Positions 9,614-20,132 are shown, counted from the stretch's first letter. The stretch: DNA of 43,470 nucleotides from Spirochaetia bacterium (GCA_045606105.1 JAZURI010000004.1:1-43470), one strand, 5' to 3'. Numbers and translations: made by a program. The notes: generated from the sequence alone by a model not told the origin.

Positions 9614-9636
9614 AATTTATGCCCTAACTTATAAAG

Positions 9637-10815
9637 TTATATTATATTCTTTTTTTGTTCAAGGATAATCCCGCACATCACGGAAATACCGTTCTCCAGA
9701 GCACCGTCCTCGAAATCAAAATCCCCGCTGTGGAGACTGCAGTGGTTTTCTCCGATACCCAGACGGAAATAAACTCCCGGCACCTTCTCCAGAAAAAATC
9801 CGAAATCATCGCCGCACATGGAGCATTCCGCATCCGGGGCAAAGTTTCCGGCACCCACATATTTTTCTGCCACCTTTTCCAGATATCTGCATCCGGCGGC
9901 ATCGTTTACGGTAGCTGTATAATCCGGCAGAGGATAGGAAACACTCCAGCTTCCGCCGGCCTCTGCCACATACTTATCCAGAAGCTCCGACATCAGACGG
10001 TTTATCTGATTTCCGGTTTCGGGATAAAGAAACCTGCTTGTTCCCTTCAGCACCAGCTTTCCGGGAAAAACATTGAAGGCATCTCCGCCGCGGATGGAAC
10101 AGACTGAGAAAACAGCCGGTGCCTTTTCGGTGGAAAGAGCTGCAAGCTCCCTCTTCATGGCCGAGATGAAGCCGGCGGAGGCCCCTATGAGATCGCAGGC
10201 AAGATGGGGCATGGCACCGTGTCCGCCCGGTCCCGAAAGAGTTATTTCGAAATCCTCGGTGGAAGCCATGATAGGTCCTCTGCAAAACCTGATGAAACCG
10301 GTCTTCTCTCCCGGCCAGCCGTGAAGGGCAAAGGCCTCATCCACAGGATATTTTTCCAGATAGCCGGCTTCCACCAGCGCCTTCCCTCCTGCCACGCTTT
10401 CCTCTGCAGGCTGAAAAAGAAGCTGCACATTGCATCCAAGCTTCTCCCTGCAGCGGGAAAGGACTGCTGCTGTTCCCAGCAGCACGGCCATATGGCCGTC
10501 GTGGCCGCAGCTGTGGGCAAAGCCCGGTTTTTTTGATCTGTAAGGAAGCTCTGTGTTTTCGGTTATCGGAAGGGCATCCATATCAGCCCTGAGAAGAATA
10601 GTCCTGTCCGGATTGCCGGCCCCTTTTATAAAGGCTGTAACATCGGTACCGAGAACCGGAGGAAGAATTTCCGCACCGGTCCTGTCCAGGAATTCCCGGA
10701 TAAGGGCCGAGGTTTCATATTCACTGAAACCAATCTCCGGGATCTGATGCAGCCGGTGTCGGAGATCAGTAATTTCCGGAAGAATGGATTTAATCAGTTC
10801 TTTTACATCTTTCAT
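9637..10815 (-). CDS. M20D family amidohydrolase (hippurate/IAA-amino acid hydrolase-like)
   Basis: RHRLHQIPE, LRADMDALP, HSCGHDGH, FQPAEE, GGHGAMPH and LHS motifs. Confidence 0.92.
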   Translation of the reverse strand: MKDVKELIKSILPEITDLRHRLHQIPEIGFSEYETSALIREFLDRTGAEILPPVLGTDVTAFIKGAGNPDRTILLRADMDALPITENTELPYRSKKPGFAHSCGHDGHMAVLLGTAAVLSRCREKLGCNVQLLFQPAEESVAGGKALVEAGYLEKYPVDEAFALHGWPGEKTGFIRFCRGPIMASTEDFEITLSGPGGHGAMPHLACDLIGASAGFISAMKRELAALSTEKAPAVFSVCSIRGGDAFNVFPGKLVLKGTSRFLYPETGNQINRLMSELLDKYVAEAGGSWSVSYPLPDYTATVNDAAGCRYLEKVAEKYVGAGNFAPDAECSMCGDDFGFFLEKVPGVYFRLGIGENHCSLHSGDFDFEDGALENGISVMCGIILEQKKNII

Positions 10816-12119
10816 ATTTTACGGTTATCTATAACTCTCTTTGCCTTTCCTTCAGCAACAGGAAGTGAATTGCTCTGATGAAGCTCAACATTAGGTGAAA
10901 TAAAGATTGTTGCCTTCATCCTGTCCCTGATTCTGGCTTTAAGGGCATTGAGGTCTCTGGCATCGTCGCTGAAAACCTCTGAATTGATTTCGGTCTTGAC
11001 AGTTACCTGATCAAGTGCACCATTTTTGTCAACAACGATAAGATAGTTTGTTCCCACTTCCGGCATACGCATAAGAATTTCCTCAATCTGAGAAGGGAAA
11101 ACATTCACACCGTTGATAATAAGCATATCGTCGGTTCTACCTTTGATTCTTTCCAGTCTGCGGAAGGTTCTGCCGCATTCGCACTGTCCCGGAATCACCC
11201 TTGAAAGGTCGTGTGTCCTGTATCTGAGAAGCGGTGTGGCCTGACGGCAGAGAATTGAAAGAACAACCTCGCCCGGAACTCCGTCCTCAACCTCCTGATC
11301 TGTTTCAGGATCTATGATTTCCAGATAGAAGGCATCCTCGGAAACATGCATTCCGTTCTTGTATACACACTCTATCGCAACACCCGGACCGTTCATCTCG
11401 GAAAGACCGTAGTTGTTATAAACATCTACTCCGTAAAGATTTTCTATTTTTTTTGCAATGTCGGCACTGTACGGCTCTGCACCGGCTATTACTTTCTTTA
11501 TATGGAAATCGCTGAGTTTGAAGCCCTCTTCCTCAATCTTGGAATACATGTGGAGCATGTAGCTCGGAGTTGCGTGAACCACAGTGGCCTTGAAATCCCT
11601 GAGGAAGGAAAACTGCCGTCTTGTATTTCCGGAACTGGTAGGAACAACCATCATTCCCAGCCTCTCTCCGCCGTAATGAAGAGCAAGACCTCCTGTGAAA
11701 AGGCCATATGTCATCATGTTCTGGAGAATATCCTCGTTGGTGGCGCCGATAAGGGAAACTGCCCTGGCTACCAGCTCTGTCCAGCGATCGATATCGTGCT
11801 GATTGTGATAGATTACAGTAGGAATTCCGGTGGTTCCCGATGAAGCATGAAGTCTTACAACCTCGCTTTTAGGCACTGCAAGGAAGCCCTCCGGGAAACC
11901 GTCCCTGAGATCGTTCTTTGTAGTAAACGGAATTTTCTTTATATCTGCAAGTGTCTTGAGATCTTCGGGAGACTCAATTCCTACATTTTTCAGTCTCTCC
12001 TTGTAAAACGGGGTCCTGAGGGCATACTTTACCGTTTCCTTCAGACCTGCAAGCTGAACCTTGGCCAGCTCCTCCCGTGACATTGTCTCAATTTCCTTGT
12101 TCCTGTACTTGATTTCCAT
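10812..12119 (-). CDS. paaK: Phenylacetate-CoA ligase
   Basis: PFTTKNDLR, HASSGTTG, YGLFTGGL, YGLSE, PLLRYRT, GRTDDM and GKAKRVID motifs. Confidence 0.92.
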   Translation of the reverse strand: MEIKYRNKEIETMSREELAKVQLAGLKETVKYALRTPFYKERLKNVGIESPEDLKTLADIKKIPFTTKNDLRDGFPEGFLAVPKSEVVRLHASSGTTGIPTVIYHNQHDIDRWTELVARAVSLIGATNEDILQNMMTYGLFTGGLALHYGGERLGMMVVPTSSGNTRRQFSFLRDFKATVVHATPSYMLHMYSKIEEEGFKLSDFHIKKVIAGAEPYSADIAKKIENLYGVDVYNNYGLSEMNGPGVAIECVYKNGMHVSEDAFYLEIIDPETDQEVEDGVPGEVVLSILCRQATPLLRYRTHDLSRVIPGQCECGRTFRRLERIKGRTDDMLIINGVNVFPSQIEEILMRMPEVGTNYLIVVDKNGALDQVTVKTEINSEVFSDDARDLNALKARIRDRMKATIFISPNVELHQSNSLPVAEGKAKRVIDNRKI

Positions 12120-12129
12120 TATCTTTTCC

Positions 12130-12693
12130 TCATTTCAGACCAAGCTCGAAAGCCTTGATATTCAGGTCTACCAGATCCTGTCCCTTGGCTGCGAAAAGCT
12201 CTGTGATGGCAGCCTTGAGAGATTCCGCCTTTACAGGGAGAACAGATGCCGCCGCACCGATAACCACCATGTTCACGGCCCTTGCGTTTCCGGCCTCCTT
12301 GGCCAGTGCAACTGATTCAACCAGTCTTGAACCCTTGAACTCTTCCACCTTCCTGTAGATTTCCTCTGTGTCAGGATAGTTTGGAATGTTTACGAAAGGC
12401 TCCTTGGCAGTAATGATAACTCCTTCAGGTGAAAGGAATTCTGAATATCTGAGAACCTCCATCGGCTCCATGCCGAGAATAAGGTCTGCTGTTCCTTTTC
12501 TTACAAGGTCGCTGGAAATATCGGAATCTGAAAGACGGAGATGTGACATTACGGCACCTCCTCTCTGGGACATACCGTGAACCTCCGACTGTCTTACATT
12601 GAGGTTATCCTTCATGGCTCCCTTGGCTATGATTGCCGCCAAAGAGAGAACTCCCTGACCGCCTACTCCGGCAAGAATAATATCGTATTTCAT
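12130..12693 (-). CDS. iorB: Indolepyruvate:ferredoxin oxidoreductase beta subunit
   Basis: AGVGGQG and SEVHGMSQRGGAV motifs; coupled to iorA. Confidence 0.93.
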   Translation of the reverse strand: MKYDIILAGVGGQGVLSLAAIIAKGAMKDNLNVRQSEVHGMSQRGGAVMSHLRLSDSDISSDLVRKGTADLILGMEPMEVLRYSEFLSPEGVIITAKEPFVNIPNYPDTEEIYRKVEEFKGSRLVESVALAKEAGNARAVNMVVIGAAASVLPVKAESLKAAITELFAAKGQDLVDLNIKAFELGLK

Positions 12694-14291
12694 TTGTTAA
12701 GCTTCTCCCTTTTGATGCGTCTTTTTGCCTCTTCCAGACATTCCCTTACGGCAATGATTACTGAAAGACCTTCATATTCCAGCTCCTTCTTGATAGTTGC
12801 TGTATTTTCCTCAAGATTTTTCTTGATAGGATTGATCACCTTCACATGCTCCGGATCTGCACCGAGACCGATTACCAGGTTCACCAGCTTTGTTGACGGA
12901 AGAATGGTTGTCTGTCCGCCGGTCATGGCTACTGTTGAGTTATCAAGGATAACCACGGTGATAGGTGAATTGGCCGATGATGCATTGATAAGGGCTGTCA
13001 TACCGGAATGGTAGAATGTACTGTCTCCGATAACTGCAACCGCAGGCTTCAGGCCCACCTCTGCAGCACCCTGTGCAGTACCGATGGAAGCTCCCATACA
13101 GATGATTGTCTCAATGGCATTGTACGGAGGAAGCGCTCCCAGGGAATAGCATCCGATATCGGAAGCAACGATGCTTCTCGGATAATCCTTTATTGCATTG
13201 TTGATAGCCTCGTAGGAGTCGATATGCGGACATCCCTGACAAAGCTGAGGAGGACGGCCCGGAAGGTTATCCACCTTGACGGTATTGATTTCAGGAAGTC
13301 CCATGGCAGGTCTTACCACATCCGGATCAAGCTCTCCGGTCATAGGAATCTTTCCGTCCAGCTTACCTGAAATTTCAATATCCTGAGGAAGAATTCCCCT
13401 GAGTGATGTCTCAACCACAGGATATCCCTCTTCGATAATAAGCAGCTTCTTTACATGGGCTGCCAGCTTGTTGATCTTTTCCTTAGGCACAGGATAGAAG
13501 CCGATATGGAGATGAGAAGGATTGCTTCCCAGGTCTCCCAGGTTTTCTTCGTAATAGTTCTTTCCGAGACCTGTGGTAATGACACCCAGCTCTGTATCTG
13601 CCAGCTTCAGCGGGTTGAAACCGGTATCTTCGGAATAGGCTTCAAAAGCCTTGTTTGTTTCCAGAAGCTCGGTCCAGAGCTTTCTTGCAAGGGCAGGAAG
13701 AAGACGCCAGCCCTTTGTATCCTCAGGCTTGCAGATTTCGTTCTGCTCCCTGATATTTTCCCAAGGCCTGATTACGGCTCTTGAGTGGGCAAGCCTGGTT
13801 ACCATCCTGATAAGAACGGGAACATGATATTTTTCGGAAATATCGAAGGCCTCCCTGGTCATTTCATAAGCCTGCTGCTGGTTTACCGGCTCGAAGCACG
13901 GAACCTTTGCAAAATCGGCAAAGAAACGGGAATCCTGTTCTCCCTGTGACGAATGCATACCCGGATCGTCGGCAACAACAATTACCAGACCTCCGTTTAT
14001 CCTGAGCAGTGCGGAATTCATGAACGGATCTGCAGCCACGTTCAGTCCCACATGCTTCATTGTTACTATAGCCCTTCTTCCGGCAAAGGAAACTCCCAGC
14101 GCATTTTCATAGGCTGTCTTTTCATTGCTGCACCAGGATGCACGGAATGCCTTGGTTTTATCTGCAGTCTTGATGAGATATTCGAGAATTTCCGAGGATG
14201 GTGTTCCCGGATAACCGTATGCTCCCGATAATCCGGCGTGGATTGCTCCGAGAGCAACCGCTTCATCTCCCAAAAGTACCAAATCAGACAT
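12690..14291 (-). CDS. iorA: Indolepyruvate:ferredoxin oxidoreductase alpha subunit (short form, no C-terminal ferredoxin domain)
   Basis: GYPGTPSSE, NEK, MKHVGLNVAAD, RPPQLCQGCPH, DIGCY and TPP motif GDSTFYHSG...LDN. Confidence 0.93.
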   Translation of the reverse strand: MSDLVLLGDEAVALGAIHAGLSGAYGYPGTPSSEILEYLIKTADKTKAFRASWCSNEKTAYENALGVSFAGRRAIVTMKHVGLNVAADPFMNSALLRINGGLVIVVADDPGMHSSQGEQDSRFFADFAKVPCFEPVNQQQAYEMTREAFDISEKYHVPVLIRMVTRLAHSRAVIRPWENIREQNEICKPEDTKGWRLLPALARKLWTELLETNKAFEAYSEDTGFNPLKLADTELGVITTGLGKNYYEENLGDLGSNPSHLHIGFYPVPKEKINKLAAHVKKLLIIEEGYPVVETSLRGILPQDIEISGKLDGKIPMTGELDPDVVRPAMGLPEINTVKVDNLPGRPPQLCQGCPHIDSYEAINNAIKDYPRSIVASDIGCYSLGALPPYNAIETIICMGASIGTAQGAAEVGLKPAVAVIGDSTFYHSGMTALINASSANSPITVVILDNSTVAMTGGQTTILPSTKLVNLVIGLGADPEHVKVINPIKKNLEENTATIKKELEYEGLSVIIAVRECLEEAKRRIKREKLNK

Positions 14292-14349
14292 TAAACAGCT
14301 CCTTTATATTATATATGATTAAAAAATATTAACACAAATCAAAAATGTG

Positions 14350-15528
14350 TTAAAGTACTTTAAAAGCTCTCTCAAAGCCTTTTGCACTTCCTTCGATAAC
14401 AGAGTCGGCAACACAGAAAGCAATTCTGAAATAGCCCGGTGTTCCGAAACCGCGTCCCGGTACCACAAGGATATTCTCGTTCTGAAGCGCTTCCACTGCC
14501 TTCAGGTCATCTCCCCCCGGTGCCTTAACGAAAAGGTAGAAGGCTCCCTCAGGCTTGTTGAATTCGTATCCGATATTTCCCAGAATCTCGCAGAGCCTGT
14601 CCCTCTTTTTTCTGTAGAAATCGATATCCACGCTTTTGCCCAGCATTTCGGCAACCACCTTCTGCATTACGGCAGGGGCGTTTACATAACCCAGAACCCT
14701 GGTACACATTACGATTCCGTCGATAAGAAGCTTCACATCCTCGGCCTTCGGGCTTACTACTGTATAACCGATTCTCTGGCCCGGCAGGGAAAGATCCTTG
14801 GAGAAGGAAGTACTGATGATGGAGTTCTCATATTCGGCCATGATTCCCGGCACCTTGTTTCCGTCGAAAACTATCTTCTTGTATGGCTCGTCGCTGATAA
14901 GATAGATGGCATGGTCAAGCTCGCAGCTTTTCTTCCTGAGCATGTCAGCCAGCTTCTTAATTGTAGCTTCAGGATAGATGCGTCCCGATGGGTTGTTCGG
15001 GGAGTTGATGATCATGGCAACGGTATGCTTGTCGATAGCCTTTTCCACTGCATCCACATCGATATCCAGGTCATCCTTTGCCTTTACCGGAACAAGACGG
15101 CCGCCGTGGTTTGCAGCGTATGCTGTATATTCGGCAAAGAAAGGGGCACTTACCACCACGTTGTCCCCCGGATTGAGGATAGTCTTGAGGATGGAGTTCA
15201 TACCGCCGGCCGCACCGCAGGTCATGATTACATTTTCAGCGGAAAGTCTTACACCTTCCACACCGCCCACATATTCTGCAACCTTCTGCCTTACATCGGC
15301 ATATCCGGCATTTGCCATATAACCGTATTTTCCCTTGGCAGGGGACTTGATATATTCGATAAGCTTCTGCTCAAACTCGGCAGGAGGCTCGATGTTGGGA
15401 TTTCCGAGAGTAAAGTCATAGACATTCTCCGCACCGTATTTTGCCGCAAGCTCCGCACCTGCTTCAAACATCTTCCTGATCCAGGATGAGTTTTTCATTG
15501 CTTCTATTATCTGAAATGAAACAGCCAT
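14350..15528 (-). CDS. Class I/II PLP-dependent aminotransferase (AspB-like)
   Basis: SSWIRKMFE, INSPNNPSG, DEPY and PLP lysine in SFSKDLSLPGQRIG. Start placed at ATG 15528 (AGAGG RBS). Confidence 0.92.
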   Translation of the reverse strand: MAVSFQIIEAMKNSSWIRKMFEAGAELAAKYGAENVYDFTLGNPNIEPPAEFEQKLIEYIKSPAKGKYGYMANAGYADVRQKVAEYVGGVEGVRLSAENVIMTCGAAGGMNSILKTILNPGDNVVVSAPFFAEYTAYAANHGGRLVPVKAKDDLDIDVDAVEKAIDKHTVAMIINSPNNPSGRIYPEATIKKLADMLRKKSCELDHAIYLISDEPYKKIVFDGNKVPGIMAEYENSIISTSFSKDLSLPGQRIGYTVVSPKAEDVKLLIDGIVMCTRVLGYVNAPAVMQKVVAEMLGKSVDIDFYRKKRDRLCEILGNIGYEFNKPEGAFYLFVKAPGGDDLKAVEALQNENILVVPGRGFGTPGYFRIAFCVADSVIEGSAKGFERAFKVL

Positions 15529-15684
15529 ATATAAACCTCTTGATTTAATTGTTTTTTTAAAGCTTACCACATATGAAAACATCTTGCAATTTATTTAAAA
15601 TAATTCTTTTACCAAGCTAACTTGATATTTTATATAAAGAAATATAATATTCAATTTAATAATTCGGTTTCAGAGGAAATATTC

Positions 15685-16689
15685 ATGAAGATTGCCGTGC
15701 TTTTCGGAGGACAGAGCTCCGAAAGAGACGTATCAGCAGCCAGTGCATCACAGGTTTACATGGCTCTCAAAAGAAGGGGACATGAGGTTATGGCAGTAGA
15801 TACCGCCACAGGGCCGGTTACTCCGGAAAACGAGGCAGATTTTCTCAGCAGCACCATAAAACCGCTGCCGCCTGACACAGATTCCCTCCAGATGATGAAG
15901 GGAGGACTGATGCCTTTCATACAGAACGGCGGATTTGACGGTGTGGATATCTGTTTCCTGGCTCTTCACGGAGGAAGCGGAGAAAACGGAATGCTTCAGG
16001 GATTTCTGGACATCATGGGAATTCCTTATACAGGTACATCCCATCTTTCCAGCGCCTGTGCCATGGACAAGGATATAACCAAGACCCTTTTCCTCAGACA
16101 GGGAGTACCGACACCGAAATGGTGCATGCTTCCCGAAAGCTATGAGGAAATAAAGAAACAGCTTTCACTGCCTGTGGTAATCAAGCCCAACAAGGAGGGC
16201 TCCACCGTAGGTCTTACCGTGGTGAAAAAGGACGAGGACTACGAAGAGGCTGTAAGGACTGCACTGAAATATGACAGGGAGGTCATGGCAGAGGAATTCA
16301 TCGCCGGAAGGGAATTCACCGTAGGAGTTCTGGCGGGAGAGGCACTTGCCGCAGGAGAAATAATTCCAAAGCTGTCAGACATCTTTGATTATCAGAGCAA
16401 ATACATGCCGGGAGGTTCAGAAGAAATATTTCCGGCACCGATAGATGCGGAAACTGCGGACCGGATGAAAAAGCTGGCCCTGGAAGCAGCCAAGGCTGCA
16501 AAGATAGAAAGCTACTGCAGAGTGGATTTCAGAATGGATCCGGAAGGAAATCTCTTTGTATTGGAAATAAACACGCTGCCGGGTATGACCCGGGCAAGCC
16601 TTCTGCCGAAATCAGCTGCTGCTGCCGGCATAGAATTTGACGAACTCTGCGAAAGAATCTGCAGACTTGGACTTGAAAACAGAAAATAA
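15685..16689 (+). CDS. ddl: D-alanine--D-alanine ligase
   Basis: GGQSSERDVS, LHGGSGENG, MDK, EGST, FDYQSKY (omega-loop KY, D-Ala-D-Ala type) and LEINTLPG. GAGG RBS before ATG 15685. Confidence 0.93.
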   Translation: MKIAVLFGGQSSERDVSAASASQVYMALKRRGHEVMAVDTATGPVTPENEADFLSSTIKPLPPDTDSLQMMKGGLMPFIQNGGFDGVDICFLALHGGSGENGMLQGFLDIMGIPYTGTSHLSSACAMDKDITKTLFLRQGVPTPKWCMLPESYEEIKKQLSLPVVIKPNKEGSTVGLTVVKKDEDYEEAVRTALKYDREVMAEEFIAGREFTVGVLAGEALAAGEIIPKLSDIFDYQSKYMPGGSEEIFPAPIDAETADRMKKLALEAAKAAKIESYCRVDFRMDPEGNLFVLEINTLPGMTRASLLPKSAAAAGIEFDELCERICRLGLENRK

Positions 16690-16700
16690 CGGAGCATATT

Positions 16701-17207
16701 ATGGGAAAGAAGAATAACATTGTAGAAAGAAAAAAGATTGTAACAATCCAGTACACACTCAAGGATGAGCATGAAAATGTTCTGGAAACAGACAAGACAC
16801 TTACCTACCTCCACGGCTTCAAGAACATTCCGATCGGTCTTGAGGAAGCACTTGAGGGAAAAACAGTCGGAGACACATTGTCAGTGGCAGTTCCTCCTGA
16901 AAAAGCTTACGGAGACAGGAACGAAAACATGGTTTTCACCCTTCCTAAGGGAAATTTCCAGAATGACAACAGCGACATCACAGTAGGAATGGAATTTGAA
17001 ACCGTTGTTGATGATGTGCCTTATATCCTTACAGTAATAGAGGTAAGCGAGGAGAGCATTACTGTTGATGCAAACCATCCTCTTACAGGAAAAGCACTCT
17101 TCTTTGATGTAAAGATTACAGACATGAGAGAAGCATACAGCGACGAGCTTGTACAGGGATTTCCTATCTCAAAGGAAAACGACGTCAGACCGACAGAGAA
17201 GAAATAA
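16701..17207 (+). CDS. slyD: FKBP-type peptidyl-prolyl isomerase (SlyD-like, no His-rich tail)
   Basis: YLHG, GLEEALEG, PPEKAYG and VDANHPLTGK motifs. Confidence 0.85.
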   Translation: MGKKNNIVERKKIVTIQYTLKDEHENVLETDKTLTYLHGFKNIPIGLEEALEGKTVGDTLSVAVPPEKAYGDRNENMVFTLPKGNFQNDNSDITVGMEFETVVDDVPYILTVIEVSEESITVDANHPLTGKALFFDVKITDMREAYSDELVQGFPISKENDVRPTEKK

Positions 17208-17670
17208 TACTTCCGGAATAATCCAGGGTCAGAACGGTTCTGCAGGAAGGACACCTGAAGCGGCCGGCTCTGACACCCCGGAGCTTCCTGCTGCAGGAAG
17301 GACACGGAAAAACAACGGGAAATATCCTGCGAAGACCTGCCATGGCCTCTTCCGGAGAGCCGGCCGTCTTTATGAAACGGTCAAATCCAAGTCGGGTTAT
17401 GACCTCCATTGTCTCACTTCCGGCATTAATCACAACAGCATCAGTTTCTGCACATACATTTGCCAGGACACCGCATCCCGCATCGGTAACCGTATCGGTT
17501 TTTCCCAGGTCCAGAACAAAATGTCTGCATCCCAGGGCAGCGGCACGGGATATCTCCTGCCTGAACTGCTCTGCGGTAAAAAGATTCAGCACCCCGGACA
17601 CCTCTGCCCTCAGGGTATCCTCCATTTCACCGAACTTGAAAAAACTGATATTCAGATTGCTTTCAGCCAT
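17185..17670 (-). CDS. STAS (anti-anti-sigma) domain protein with C-terminal Zn ribbon
   Basis: STAS-like VLDL...AGCGVL...LGFDRF; C-terminal CPSC-x12-CPSC. TTGACA-17-TATTCT promoter at 17691-17719. Confidence 0.75.
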   Translation of the reverse strand: MAESNLNISFFKFGEMEDTLRAEVSGVLNLFTAEQFRQEISRAAALGCRHFVLDLGKTDTVTDAGCGVLANVCAETDAVVINAGSETMEVITRLGFDRFIKTAGSPEEAMAGLRRIFPVVFPCPSCSRKLRGVRAGRFRCPSCRTVLTLDYSGSIISSLSV

Positions 17671-17690
17671 AATTCCTTCCGTATTCCTAT

Positions 17691-17751
17691 AGAATAAGGG
17701 GTATATATTTTTTTGTCAAACCTTGATTATATCGGTGGATTGACTTAAAAT
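17691..17751. promoter_or_regulatory. Divergent sigma70-type promoters (STAS gene / ygiQ)
   Basis: Minus strand: TTGACA(17714-19)-17-TATTCT. Plus strand: TTGATT(17723-28)-17-TAAAAT(17746-51). Confidence 0.6.
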
Positions 17752-17768
17752 TTCATCAAGGAAGAAAT

Positions 17769-19550
17769 ATGAAGGATTTTTTGCCTGTTTCACAGGAAGA
17801 CATGAAAAAAAGGGGATGGGACAGCGTGGATTTTGTCCTGATTACCGGAGATGCCTATGTGGATCATCCCTCCTTCGGCACAGCCATCGTATCCAGGATA
17901 CTGGAAGCAGAGGGCTTCAGGATAGGTATTGTTCCCCAGCCCGACTGGAAGAATCCCGATTCCGTAAGGATTTTCGGAAAACCGGAAATTGCCTTTCTGA
18001 TAAATGCCGGCAACATGGATTCCATGGTGGCAAACTTTTCCTCCAGAACCAAAAGAAGGGGCTTTGATCAGTATTCACCCGGCGGCAGGAACAGACTGAG
18101 ACCGGACAGGGCACTGATAGTGTATACCTCGCTGGCAAAACAGGCCTTCAAGGGGGTTCCTGTGGTTATCGGGGGAATCGAGGCCTCCCTGCGCCGCCTG
18201 GCCCATTACGATTACTGGAGCGATTCACTCCGCCGGTCGGTTCTGGCCGATTCCAAGGCAGACCTGCTTATCTACGGCATGGGAGAAAGACCGTTGTGGG
18301 ATATCTCCACACAGCTGAAGCAGGGAAAAAAGATTACGGAAATCAAGGATGTACGGGGAACAGTGATCCGGTCATCGTCAATGCCTGAACAGGAGCATAT
18401 CAATCTTCCTTTCTTCGAGGAAATTCTCTCAGACAAAAAGCTTTTTGCGGAAAGCTTCGGAATACAGTACCGGAACACAGACCCGTTCAACGGGAAAATG
18501 CTGGTGGAAAAGACCGGAAACCAGTACATTATACAGAATCCGCCGGCAAGAATTCTCTCCACAGAGGAAATGGACAGGGTATATGCACTTCCGTATATGG
18601 GCACCTATCATCCTTCCTACGAAAAGGATGGTGGAATACCGGCCATCAAGGAAGTGGAATTCAGTCTGGTCAGTTCAAGAGGATGCTTCGGAAGCTGCAG
18701 TTTCTGTGCGCTGACCTTTCATCAGGGGCGTATTATCCAGGCCAGAAGCCACGAATCCATTCTGACCGAAGCTGCCCGGCTTACAAAAAAGAAGAATTTC
18801 AAGGGATATATAAACGATGTAGGGGGACCTACCGCCAATTTCAGACAGCCGGCCTGCAGGAAGCAGCTGGTTTCAGGGGCATGTCCAGACAGACGATGTC
18901 TTTTCCCTTCCCCTTGCCCCAATCTGGAGGTAAGCCACAGGGATTATCTGGAGCTGCTGCGGAAACTGAGGAAGCTGCCCGGAATCAAGAAGGTTTTTAT
19001 CAAGTCGGGAATAAGATTTGATTATCTCCTGGCCGATAAGGATATGTCTTTTTTCAAAGAGCTGTGCGAACATCACATAAGCGGACAGCTGAAAATTGCA
19101 CCGGAGCATATCTGTTCCAAGGTCCTGGAGCAGATGGGCAAACCAAAGGCCGAGGTCTACAAGCGGTTTGAAAAGCTTTTTGCCGAAGAAAACAGAAGAA
19201 TAGGAAAAAAGCAGTATCTGATTCCGTATCTTATTTCATCCCATCCCGGAAGCGATCTGAAGGCAGCCGTGGAACTGGCCGAATTTCTTCATGAAAAGCA
19301 TTTTATCCCGGATCAGGTACAGGATTTTTACCCTACTCCGGGTACTGTATCCACCTGCATGTATTACACAGGAATCAATCCTCTGACCGGGGAGAAGGTC
19401 TACGTACCCAGAACCGAGGAGGAAAAAGGGATGCAGAAGGCCCTTCTCCATTTCCACAAGCCCGAAAACCGGGAAAAGGTGCGCAAGGCCCTGATTGCAG
19501 CAGGCAGACAGGATCTGATAGGAAGATCTCCGAAGGCGCTGATAAGGTGA
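17769..19550 (+). CDS. ygiQ: YgiQ (UPF0313) family radical SAM protein
   Basis: [27 protein letters not shown] (CxxxCxxC), DVGGPTAN and QVQDFYPTP motifs. Confidence 0.93.
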   Translation: MKDFLPVSQEDMKKRGWDSVDFVLITGDAYVDHPSFGTAIVSRILEAEGFRIGIVPQPDWKNPDSVRIFGKPEIAFLINAGNMDSMVANFSSRTKRRGFDQYSPGGRNRLRPDRALIVYTSLAKQAFKGVPVVIGGIEASLRRLAHYDYWSDSLRRSVLADSKADLLIYGMGERPLWDISTQLKQGKKITEIKDVRGTVIRSSSMPEQEHINLPFFEEILSDKKLFAESFGIQYRNTDPFNGKMLVEKTGNQYIIQNPPARILSTEEMDRVYALPYMGTYHPSYEKDGGIPAIKEVEFSLVSSRGCFGSCSFCALTFHQGRIIQARSHESILTEAARLTKKKNFKGYINDVGGPTANFRQPACRKQLVSGACPDRRCLFPSPCPNLEVSHRDYLELLRKLRKLPGIKKVFIKSGIRFDYLLADKDMSFFKELCEHHISGQLKIAPEHICSKVLEQMGKPKAEVYKRFEKLFAEENRRIGKKQYLIPYLISSHPGSDLKAAVELAEFLHEKHFIPDQVQDFYPTPGTVSTCMYYTGINPLTGEKVYVPRTEEEKGMQKALLHFHKPENREKVRKALIAAGRQDLIGRSPKALIR

Positions 19551-20068
19551 CCAAGATGAATATCAGCATATACCGGTACATCTACCATACCCCTGACAGC
19601 TTTGATGATATGCTGATGAGTTCCGATGGCACTGTGCTTACAGGTCTTTGGTTCCAAGGCTCACCTGACCAGAAAAAACATAACGGGCTCTACACAGAAG
19701 AATACCTGCCGGTCTTTAAGGAGACCTGCCGGTGGCTTGACATCTACTTCTCTGGCAGACAGCCGGACTTTACCCCAATATACCAGCTCTATGGCCTAAC
19801 CCAGTTCCGCAGGGAAGTTTCGGAAATATTGTGCTCAATCCCCTTTGGCAAGACCAGGACATACGGCGACATCGCTGACCAGATTGCACAGAGCCGCGGT
19901 ATACCCAAGATGTCTGCACAGGCGGTGGGCGGTGCTGTAGGATGGAATCCTATATGCATCATCATCCCATGCCACAGAGTGCTGGGTGCAGGAGGCAACC
20001 TGACCGGCTACGGCGGCGGACTTGAGAACAAGAAGGCACTGCTGGAACTGGAAGGAGTAAAAATATAG
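19547..20068 (+). CDS. ogt: Methylated-DNA--protein-cysteine methyltransferase
   Basis: [22 protein letters not shown] and active site IPCHRV. GTGA overlap with the ygiQ stop. Confidence 0.95.
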   Translation: MTKMNISIYRYIYHTPDSFDDMLMSSDGTVLTGLWFQGSPDQKKHNGLYTEEYLPVFKETCRWLDIYFSGRQPDFTPIYQLYGLTQFRREVSEILCSIPFGKTRTYGDIADQIAQSRGIPKMSAQAVGGAVGWNPICIIIPCHRVLGAGGNLTGYGGGLENKKALLELEGVKI

Positions 20069-20082
20069 GAAAGGAAAATTAT

Positions 20083-20114
20083 TTGTTGCATAATGCCACA
20101 ATACGTAGTATACT
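20083..20114 (+). promoter_or_regulatory. TA promoter with overlapping operator palindrome
   Basis: TTGCAT(20086-91)-17-TATACT(20109-14); inverted repeat TTGTTGCA-taa-TGCCACAA (20083-20101, 1 mismatch) over the -35; AAGGAGG RBS downstream. Confidence 0.7.
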
Positions 20115-20132
20115 GAAACAAAGGAGGATAAA

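Noticed and set aside
12690-14291. IorA as a truncated pseudogene (no ferredoxin domain)
   Set aside because: The ORF is intact and coupled to iorB, and short IorA forms of about this length are known.
14347-15489. 380-aa plus-strand ORF
   Set aside because: Antisense shadow of the aminotransferase with no motifs. The same applies to 7874-8686, 25378-26238, 31892-32890, 33008-33784 and the other overlapping ORFs.
15685-16689. Ligase as a VanA-type D-Ala-D-Lac resistance enzyme
   Set aside because: The omega loop keeps DY..KY as in D-Ala-D-Ala ligases, and there are no van genes nearby.
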